Shown here: positions 25,160 through 32,000 of the stretch, one piece after another
How positions within the stretch are numbered: the stretch's first letter is position 1
How the letters are laid out: each line of letters begins with the position of its first letter
NCBI RefSeq assembly: GCF_008000775.2
Contig: NZ_CP042905.2
Span: 1,140,001 to 1,172,000 of the forward strand
DNA from: Promethearchaeum syntrophicum
GTDB lineage: Archaea > Asgardarchaeota > Lokiarchaeia > Sigyniarchaeales > Promethearchaeaceae
DNA length: 32,000 nucleotides
Direction of reading: 5' to 3'
The notes under the pieces: model-generated
Databases searched by the model: none
Seen by the model: only the letters and a program-made list of their open reading frames with translations
Told to the model about the DNA's origin: nothing
Program-made: the position numbers and the translations under genes

Positions 25160-26749
25160 TTATTCATCAAGGCTAAGCACTGCTTTCACAGCTTTCTTCC
25201 AATCTGATAATTTCTTCTTTCTTTTTTCTGGATCCATTTTTGGTTTGAATATTTGATAATTCTTTCTTAAATTTAATATTTCATTGATATCTTTCCAAAA
25301 TCCTACTGCCAATCCAGCCATATATGCTGCTCCTGTGCCTGTCATATCCGCCTCGGGCGCGCGTTGAACCGTTATGTTTGCAATATCTGCCAAAGATTGT
25401 AGTTCAATATCTGATTGAGAAACTCCACCATCGACTTTTAAGGTTGTTATAGGAATTTTAGTGTCATGTTCGATTCCTCCAATGATATCGTAAAGTCTAA
25501 AGGCTAATCCTTCTAAAACTGCCCTACAAACATGCTTACGGTGTGTCGATAATGATAATCCAAAGATAGTTGCTCGGGTTTTAGGATTAAAATAAGGAAA
25601 AGCAATTCCGGAGGGTGTGGGTATCACAATTACACCTTCTGTATCTTCAGTTTGAGCCGCAAATTCATTTAGAACCTTTGGTGTATCTACCAGTCCAATT
25701 CCCTCACCCAACCAATCAATAAGAGTTCCTGCAGTCATAATTTGCCCTTCTAACATGTAATTTATCTCTCCTTTAATACGCCAAGATATCAAGGGAAATA
25801 ACCCACGTTTAGAGAGTTTTGGTTTGGGACCTATACACATATCTACAAAAGCTCCCGAACCTTGAGATATTTTCGTTTCTCCTGGTTTAAAACAACAATG
25901 GCCGAATAGTGCTGCCATTTGGTCTCCAATACTTGCACCTATTGGAATTTCTGCTCCTTCAAATAATTCAGGTGCGGTTTTTCCAAAATCATCAGTATTA
26001 TCGAGTACACGAGGAAGAAAAGTATCATTAGATGGGATTTTGAAAAGCTTTGCATATATTTTATTCCATTCTAAGTCAAAAGGGTTGTAGAGTGCAGTCC
26101 CTGAAGCATTTGTGATGTCTGTAACATGCTTCGTTCCTCCCGTAAGCTTGTAAATGAACCAACTCTCTAATGTGCAGAAATGAAGTTCTCTATTTTTAGC
26201 TTTATTATAAATTTCTTCTCCAGAAAGTTCAGAATCTTGATAAATTATTTTTTCTCTCTCAAACAACCATCTTAATCTGCATAAGGCAAATTCTGGATTC
26301 AAATGAATCATTCCAGTAGTATTCATCATTGCAGAACCTGTTATTTTTCCGAGAACTCTCACAATCGATCTTAACGTTCTCCATGAAAATTGATTATCCA
26401 TCCTTTTGGCAACTTTTTCGGCTCTAACATCTGCCCAAGATATAAGATTTGTTATAGGCGTACCGGTTTTTTTATCCACAATACAAAAAGATGCCCTTTG
26501 GTTAGTAATTCCGATTGAAACAATTTGTTTGGGAGAATATTCTGGTTTTGCGAAGACTTTTCTAACAACAGAAAGTAAGGCTTGCCATAATACTTCCGGA
26601 TCATGTTCAATTGCACCATCTTCAGGAAAATTTGGCAAGGTTTTTTCATATTCTCTATCTACAATCGCACCTTCTTTATTAAAAAGCATTGCCCGGATTC
26701 CCGTTCCACCAGAATCTATTACTAAAATATATTTCTGATTTTCACTCAT
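25160..26749 (-). CDS. glpK: Glycerol kinase (FGGY carbohydrate kinase family)
   Basis: YILVIDSGGTGIR, AIEHDPEVLW, IGITNQRASF, KHVTDITNASGT and GDQMAALFGHCCF parallel canonical GlpK blocks. At 529 aa it carries an insertion around aa 115-180. Confidence 0.8.
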   Translation of the reverse strand: MSENQKYILVIDSGGTGIRAMLFNKEGAIVDREYEKTLPNFPEDGAIEHDPEVLWQALLSVVRKVFAKPEYSPKQIVSIGITNQRASFCIVDKKTGTPITNLISWADVRAEKVAKRMDNQFSWRTLRSIVRVLGKITGSAMMNTTGMIHLNPEFALCRLRWLFEREKIIYQDSELSGEEIYNKAKNRELHFCTLESWFIYKLTGGTKHVTDITNASGTALYNPFDLEWNKIYAKLFKIPSNDTFLPRVLDNTDDFGKTAPELFEGAEIPIGASIGDQMAALFGHCCFKPGETKISQGSGAFVDMCIGPKPKLSKRGLFPLISWRIKGEINYMLEGQIMTAGTLIDWLGEGIGLVDTPKVLNEFAAQTEDTEGVIVIPTPSGIAFPYFNPKTRATIFGLSLSTHRKHVCRAVLEGLAFRLYDIIGGIEHDTKIPITTLKVDGGVSQSDIELQSLADIANITVQRAPEADMTGTGAAYMAGLAVGFWKDINEILNLRKNYQIFKPKMDPEKRKKKLSDWKKAVKAVLSLDE

Positions 26750-26881
26750 AATGAGCTTAGTTGTTTTAAAAATTTTTAAAACTTTCTTTAGTTCTAAAAA
26801 TAACGAATAAAAAAATAGGAAAGTACAAAGTTATTAACATAAATTCGATTTGAAGATTGGATTACATTTAAAATTTTTAGT

Positions 26882-27400
26882 CTAATTTTCTTTTAAAGTG
26901 AATTTCCAAGCGCAATAATATTCTTCAGGATGAATATCAGGTGGGCAACAAATGCATTCGGTTTCTATTCGATCATCAATTGTTGAAGCGAAATAGCTGT
27001 ATTCAACAATACCCACAGATTTACAAGGAAAGTCTTCTAATCCTTTTCTAGTTCTTGCAGTTTGAACTCTACATTTATTCATATGGAATACACATGAATT
27101 ATCTGTTATGTCGATAATTTCCTGGACATTTATATTCGCATATAGGCGAAATTTTAAAGCTTTTATCAAACCAGGAATTCCTGGGTGTTCTTCAAGTTTC
27201 AGAAATTTTTTAATTTGTTTTGCTTCAATTTGTGTGAAACGCTGCCATCCAATTCTATCGTATTTCATTGCAGTGTCAATTCCTAATTCTGATTCAATTC
27301 CTTGGAACCAACAGCCATCATGAGCGAGCCAGTTTTTTGAAAGCATCTCAATATAATCCAGAAGTTCATCTCTACTAAGATCTTTCAGATCGATTCTCAT
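26882..27400 (-). CDS. Conserved-looking hypothetical protein with a C-terminal cysteine cluster
   Basis: 172 aa with NWLAHDGCWFQG near the N-terminus. Cysteines occur at ...NKCRV..., ...FPCKS... and ...ETECICCPPD... No family assignment is possible by eye. Confidence 0.55.
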   Translation of the reverse strand: MRIDLKDLSRDELLDYIEMLSKNWLAHDGCWFQGIESELGIDTAMKYDRIGWQRFTQIEAKQIKKFLKLEEHPGIPGLIKALKFRLYANINVQEIIDITDNSCVFHMNKCRVQTARTRKGLEDFPCKSVGIVEYSYFASTIDDRIETECICCPPDIHPEEYYCAWKFTLKEN

Positions 27401-27618
27401 ACATAACCAAATATTCTATTCTTAATAATTGTTATTTGTCGGAGATCATATTATTGGGTGGATAAAATCCTATTTTCGTGGTAATAAATAAGAATACTAT
27501 TATATTTGGAATAAATTTTTGTCGGTAGAAGTGTTAAGAAGGAAGTACAAGACTAGTTATATATTAATAAGAATAATAAAAACAAAAACTTTTACGATTA
27601 AAACGGGTTAAACACATA

Positions 27619-27969
27619 ATGGTAAAAATTGTTCTCTTTGCTTTTAATGGTGATCCAATGTGCTTTGTTCATGTTTTACTAAATGCTTTAGATATGCTGG
27701 AAAATGACTATGAAGTAAAAGTTGTAATTGAAGGGTCCGCTACTAAATTAATAAAAGAATTCCATGATAATCCCAATGCCCCATTTTTGGATTTATATAA
27801 AAAAGTTAAAGATCTAAAGTTAATAGATGCAGTTTGTAAGGCATGTGCAACAAAAATGGGCTCAATTAAAGAAGTTGAATTAGAAAACCTTCCAATAGTT
27901 GGTGATTTGAAGGGTCACCCAAAAATGACAACATATATTGAACAAGGATATAAGATAATTACTTTTTAA
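27619..27969 (+). CDS. Small DsrE/DsrF-like (sulfur-relay-fold) protein, tentative
   Basis: 116 aa. The pattern MVKIVLFAFNGDPMCFVHVLLNALDM...VKVVIEGSATKL resembles DsrE-like alpha/beta proteins, and conserved Cys residues are present. The assignment rests on recall only. Confidence 0.4.
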   Translation: MVKIVLFAFNGDPMCFVHVLLNALDMLENDYEVKVVIEGSATKLIKEFHDNPNAPFLDLYKKVKDLKLIDAVCKACATKMGSIKEVELENLPIVGDLKGHPKMTTYIEQGYKIITF

Positions 27970-27980
27970 AGGGAAAAAAT

Positions 27981-28619
27981 ATGATTACTCAATTTAGTTT
28001 TGTTTTAGGATTAGATAATATAGTATTAAATAATTATTGGAGAAAATATTTTGCTTATCTTAAAATTGGATGGGATGATGCTTCAATTCGACATTACTTA
28101 TCCAAAAAAGAATATATGATGCAAATTGCATCTTTTAATACAAGAACTGTAAGTTTTTCTGCAAGTTCTCGAAGAAATCGTTTTTATGAAATATATAATC
28201 GTCCAGATATGTTGGAACAAGATGTAGCTTGGGATGGTTCTATTGAAGCTATTAAAAAAATTAGCCAAAAATTTAAAATTTATATTATTTCTTCAAGATC
28301 CACAGAATTGAGAAAGAAAACTTTGGAAGTTATGAAAAAATTGGGATTTCCAATGGAAAATCTTACTTTATACTTTAAAAATCCAAATGAATCCCTTTCA
28401 ATATATCGAAAAAATAGTTTCAATGTTATTAAAGAAGAATATGTTGGTGGTGTAGGAGTATGTCTAAATATTAGTGATAGATATAACTATGAACGGATAG
28501 GGTATACTCCCATAGCATTCAGTTCTATTAATGATTATAAAAGTTTTGATGGTAAGATAGCGGTAATTTGCCAAAATTGGACAGACATATTACATTCTCT
28601 GTCAATGAATGGAAATTAA
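27981..28619 (+). CDS. Hypothetical protein, possibly a HAD/NT5C-like fold with a degenerate motif I
   Basis: 212 aa starting 11 bp after the previous stop. FVLGLDNIVLNNYW occupies the position of the hhhhDxDxxL motif but lacks the second Asp. KIYIISSRS...KKLGFP resembles HAD motif II/cap spacing. Confidence 0.4.
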   Translation: MITQFSFVLGLDNIVLNNYWRKYFAYLKIGWDDASIRHYLSKKEYMMQIASFNTRTVSFSASSRRNRFYEIYNRPDMLEQDVAWDGSIEAIKKISQKFKIYIISSRSTELRKKTLEVMKKLGFPMENLTLYFKNPNESLSIYRKNSFNVIKEEYVGGVGVCLNISDRYNYERIGYTPIAFSSINDYKSFDGKIAVICQNWTDILHSLSMNGN

Positions 28620-28648
28620 GATATTTAAGATTCGGAATGTGAAAAATT

Positions 28649-29563
28649 ATGAGTTTAGATAAAAAAGCAGATGAATTAGAATCAAAAATAAAAAAATTGA
28701 AAAAATCTAAGGATTATGAACAAATGATTCCAATTTTTATGGAACTTAAGGATATCTACAAGAAATTAAATTTCACTTTTCTAGCTAATAAAGCGGAAAC
28801 TGAAATGTACAAATATCAAAAACACATTGAACAATCAAAATTGAGTCAAAATTTTCTTGGAGATAAAAAATCTGAATTAAATCAAAGAAAAAAGCAAGAA
28901 ATAGTAAAAAAAATTCAGGAAACTACAGCAAAATTGCCAACTCCTCCATCAAATTTTCAAGATAATCAAACAAACAAGAATTTCAATCAAGATATCAAAA
29001 AAAGTCGGGCAGAAAAAATAAGAGATTTAAAACGAAAGAAAGAAATTGAACAGCAAAATGTTGATAAAGCTAATGCAATATTAGATAAAGCTCAATCTCA
29101 TATGAAAAAGAAAGATTTTGAGTTAGCTGCTAAATTTTATAATGAATCCTCTGATATTTTTAAAGAGATTGGTTGGAATCAACAAGCTTCTATGTTAAAA
29201 AAAGAAGCTTTACATATGCAGGAACTCCAGGAAGAATATCTAAAAAAAATGGAAATTATTAAATTAAAAAAACAAAAAGAACAGGAAATGTATGATACTC
29301 GTGCTTCTAAGATTATGGCTGAAAAAGAAGAAAAAATTCGATTAGAACAAGAAGCTTTAAATAAATTACCTCCCGAAATTCAACGTAAAATCGACTTAGC
29401 CAAAATTTTTCTTCAAAAAACTGAATTAATGGAATCAAAGGGAAAGATCGAAAAATCTCTCGTACGTTATAAATATCTTCTTGAATTATATGAAGATATT
29501 CCTGATACTAATGACCAAAAGGGAATGGTTTTGGAAAAGATAAAAGAATTGGAAAAAAAATAA
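28649..29563 (+). CDS. Coiled-coil / TPR-like protein, paralogous to the N-terminal part of the giant ORF
   Basis: 304 aa. DKANAILDKAQSHMKKKDFELAAKFYNESSDIFKEIGWNQQA aligns with DKALSLLDEAIQFRNLNQFDLATNAYKEALEIFKKIGWQKEA, which the minus strand encodes around 3540..3670. Confidence 0.65.
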   Translation: MSLDKKADELESKIKKLKKSKDYEQMIPIFMELKDIYKKLNFTFLANKAETEMYKYQKHIEQSKLSQNFLGDKKSELNQRKKQEIVKKIQETTAKLPTPPSNFQDNQTNKNFNQDIKKSRAEKIRDLKRKKEIEQQNVDKANAILDKAQSHMKKKDFELAAKFYNESSDIFKEIGWNQQASMLKKEALHMQELQEEYLKKMEIIKLKKQKEQEMYDTRASKIMAEKEEKIRLEQEALNKLPPEIQRKIDLAKIFLQKTELMESKGKIEKSLVRYKYLLELYEDIPDTNDQKGMVLEKIKELEKK

Positions 29564-29576
29564 ATTTCTAATATAT

Positions 29577-31520
29577 CTATTTTTCAAGTTTGTCAGGATC
29601 AAAAAGTCCATTATTAGGGATTGTATATTGATTCATACATACAGGGCATGAATTATGATGTTGGATCCACTGAACTACACAAGTATAATGAGTTAAAGCT
29701 CCACAAAATTCACATTTTACAAAATTATCTTCAGCAACATTTACCGATCGCCTACAAATGGCACATGTACCTGATCTTAATCCATTTTCATTTAATTGAG
29801 ATTCTAATATTTTAACAAGATTTTCTTTTTCCTTCAAATATTTTTCCTTGAGATCTTCAATTTCTAAAATTTTATTATTAAATTTTTGAATTTTATTGCG
29901 TAAATCCTTTTCAGATAATCGTTCAGGTTTGAGAAAATCAGTAGAATCATATTTTTGTATATTATCTCCAAGGGAGTTTGCATTTAAAGTATCAAAAAAT
30001 TCTTGTTCTTTCTCCAGAACATTATTGAATTGGTGAAAAATTGAGATTATTAGACCCTTTAATGAAAATTTTGCACGATTTAAAATAACTGTATAATCAT
30101 CATCCCACTTATCTTTAATTGAAGTAATATTGACTCCTTTTTTCCTAAATCGATTGAAAGTATTATCTATATCATTTTTCATACTTGATATTTTCTCTTG
30201 AAAATCATCTATTATCCCCTTTAATTCATCTATCTTAGGTATACTCTCTGGAATATAAGGAGCAGTAATTTTTTGATAATCTTTTAGAAGTATTTCCATA
30301 TTAGTTATATTCTCCCGAGATAATCTCTCTAATTTTATCTTATCGCTATCGACTTGGATCGAGTTGGAATATTGTTCAAATTCTTCCAATTGCCTACTAA
30401 TTTCGCCTCTAAGTTGTTTTAGCATCTGGTACGATTTTTTAAGAACATCTGGCCAAGGATTCATTAAATTAGAAATATTTTTTAATCTTAGTTCTATTTG
30501 ATCGATAATTTCAAACAGTATTTTTCCATGTTCTTGGAGAATTTGATTAGCAGTATGAAAATCTCCATGATATTCGCTAGTAATTTCTTCTTGTTTTCGA
30601 TTTAGCAAATCTAACATAGTACGTGGAATTTCTTTAAGTGGATTGACATCATCATCTCCAGAATACCCGATTTCATATTCTTTTGCTGCTTGTGACATCA
30701 ATTGGTTTATAATATCATGGGAAAATAACTCAAGTTGTCTTTTTATTTGATTTTTCTTAACTTTTTCCATTTTTGAGTACAAATTTTCTGTTTTTAAAAC
30801 CTTAAGTTCAAAAAGTAGGAAAAAAAGTTCTAATCTAAATGGTTTATCTTTAATACTTGGTTGGTTTATTAAATCTGACATGGTAAAGATCTCAGAAAGA
30901 ACAAATTTTGATGATTTTAAGTTTCTAATTAAATAATCTACTTCTTTAAAATTCTTTAACCAAGGATATTTCTCAAAATTCAGGAAAAATTTAGATTCCT
31001 TAAGAAAAGCAAAAGAATACCAAATTTGAGGCTTATTCTCATAGGGGAGCTTGGGAGCTATGGAAAATTGCTTCGAATTTTTATCGTAATCACTGAGTTG
31101 AATCCATTTACTTAATAAAATTGTAAGATTTTTCTGACATCGATCATTCAATTGTTGAAGTTCTTTTATTGTTCTAGAAAAGATTGTATTTTCTTTATAA
31201 ATTAATCTTATCGAGCGTAATTTAGGAAGTAGCAAAGAAATCGAATTTTCTATAGTTGAAATCTCTGAGAATATAAGTTCAGGGATCGAGGTATAATCAT
31301 TAGAATTTAGATTTGTTAATAATAAATTAATACTCTGTAAATATTTAAAAATACGATTAGTAAAATTAGGTTTTATTTCACGTTCGATTTTTTTTAATTG
31401 TGATAGTGATGCTATCCTTTTATTTCCTTTATCATCAATTATTCTGGCTAAAATTTCATTTAATGTACTGAAAATTTTCCAATTATTGTTAATAATGTAA
31501 AATAACTGGTTATTGTTCAT
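29577..31520 (-). CDS. Large helical protein with a C-terminal C4HC3 RING/PHD-type zinc finger (candidate E3-ligase-like)
   Basis: 647 aa. The C-terminus is CAIC-x13-CEFC-x4-H-x2-C-x10-CPVC (aa 586-628, nt 29637..29765). It includes C-VVQW-x6-CPxC, which resembles the RING-H2 tail. The preceding ~580 aa are helical, partly coiled-coil, with no TM segment. Confidence 0.75.
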   Translation of the reverse strand: MNNNQLFYIINNNWKIFSTLNEILARIIDDKGNKRIASLSQLKKIEREIKPNFTNRIFKYLQSINLLLTNLNSNDYTSIPELIFSEISTIENSISLLLPKLRSIRLIYKENTIFSRTIKELQQLNDRCQKNLTILLSKWIQLSDYDKNSKQFSIAPKLPYENKPQIWYSFAFLKESKFFLNFEKYPWLKNFKEVDYLIRNLKSSKFVLSEIFTMSDLINQPSIKDKPFRLELFFLLFELKVLKTENLYSKMEKVKKNQIKRQLELFSHDIINQLMSQAAKEYEIGYSGDDDVNPLKEIPRTMLDLLNRKQEEITSEYHGDFHTANQILQEHGKILFEIIDQIELRLKNISNLMNPWPDVLKKSYQMLKQLRGEISRQLEEFEQYSNSIQVDSDKIKLERLSRENITNMEILLKDYQKITAPYIPESIPKIDELKGIIDDFQEKISSMKNDIDNTFNRFRKKGVNITSIKDKWDDDYTVILNRAKFSLKGLIISIFHQFNNVLEKEQEFFDTLNANSLGDNIQKYDSTDFLKPERLSEKDLRNKIQKFNNKILEIEDLKEKYLKEKENLVKILESQLNENGLRSGTCAICRRSVNVAEDNFVKCEFCGALTHYTCVVQWIQHHNSCPVCMNQYTIPNNGLFDPDKLEK

Positions 31521-31590
31521 TTATTTCTCAAATTTTTAAAATATTACATCATCAAAAACTTTTTGGATAATCAAAATGTTAATCTTTTGA

Positions 31591-32000
31591 ATGAATCAGA
31601 AAATTTGCAAAGAAAAAAGAGAAACAAAACTGTCTTCTCAATATATCGCGCAATATAAAAATTCTTCTCGAGGATTAATTTTTGCTTTAATTGTTTTAAT
31701 AGGGAATGGTTTACATCCGATTATTAATAATTTACGGCCAGAAGAATTTATTTCTACAATATTTGTACTGCAAATGTCATTATGGGAATTTTTCTGTGCT
31801 TTTATCGTTCTTTTACTCCAAAAAAGAAACAAGAAAGAAAAATCAAAAAGTCCAATTTCTAAAAATTCAAGTCAAATATGCTTTTCAAAAAAAAATATAA
31901 TATTTAGAATGCTGATTGTTGGTTTACTTTTTTCGATCGCTACTTATGGGTACGTTGAAGGATTAAAAGAAGCTGGTTCAATTTCTGGATCTATAGCATT
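31591..32000 (+). CDS. EamA/DMT-like transporter, partial (5' part; runs off the right edge)
   Basis: An ATG at 31591 follows an in-frame TGA, and hand translation is open to 32000. Sequence: MNQKICKEKRETKLSSQYIAQYKNSSRGLIFALIVLIGNGLHPIINNLRPEEFISTIFVLQMSLWEFFCAFIVLLL...MLIVGLLFSIATYGYVEGLKEAGSISGSIA. It contains three hydrophobic helices. It is not in the ORF track because it is truncated. Confidence 0.45.
   Translation, partial: MNQKICKEKRETKLSSQYIAQYKNSSRGLIFALIVLIGNGLHPIINNLRPEEFISTIFVLQMSLWEFFCAFIVLLLQKRNKKEKSKSPISKNSSQICFSKKNIIFRMLIVGLLFSIATYGYVEGLKEAGSISGSIA

Noticed and set aside
22082-27969. A possible sulfur-metabolism theme (TauE/SafE exporter, Cys-rich protein, DsrE-like protein)
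   Set aside because: The genes are scattered and on different strands, with unrelated genes between them. Two of the three assignments are weak, so a system is not supported.
31638-31900. Track ORFs 31638..31832 (-) and 31706..31900 (+)
   Set aside because: Both overlap, in other frames, the longer edge-truncated plus-strand ORF starting at 31591. That ORF has membrane-protein character, whereas these two translations look random.
1-32000. Search for tRNA, rRNA, C/D-box sRNA, CRISPR, transposase/integrase and defence-system genes
   Set aside because: No GC-rich structured islands, RUGAUGA...CUGA box pairs in intergenic regions, terminal inverted repeats, or recombinase-, nuclease- or ATPase-type ORFs were recognisable. 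The window looks like core chromosome rather than a mobile or defence island.

Overview
AT-rich (about 30% GC by eye), gene-dense archaeal chromosomal segment. Archaeal markers are a group II chaperonin (thermosome), AlaX, an Lrp/AsnC regulator and a CDP-alcohol phosphatidyltransferase. A RING/PHD-type zinc-finger protein, a leucine-rich-repeat protein and several very long coiled-coil proteins suggest an Asgard (Lokiarchaeia-like) origin; this is inference only. I found no rRNA, tRNA, CRISPR array, transposase or integrase. Four leads stand out. (1) A minus-strand ORF of at least 1,454 codons (1..4362) is absent from the supplied ORF track because it runs off the left edge. It consists of nine tandem 390-bp (130-aa) modules, and the left-most copies are nearly identical at the DNA level. 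(2) A tight minus-strand operon (11908..16957) encodes phosphonate biosynthesis: a cytidylyltransferase-PEP mutase fusion with an intact EDKX5NS motif, phosphonopyruvate decarboxylase and an Fe-alcohol dehydrogenase. It also carries a second, unrelated nucleotidyltransferase and a class I methyltransferase, a tailoring set that matches no characterised route I know. (3) A 647-aa helical protein ends in a C4HC3 RING/PHD-like finger. (4) A family of coiled-coil/TPR-like proteins shares an 'IFK-x-IGW' hairpin motif. The rest is housekeeping or hypothetical. All calls come from reading the translations and DNA by eye; no searches were run.
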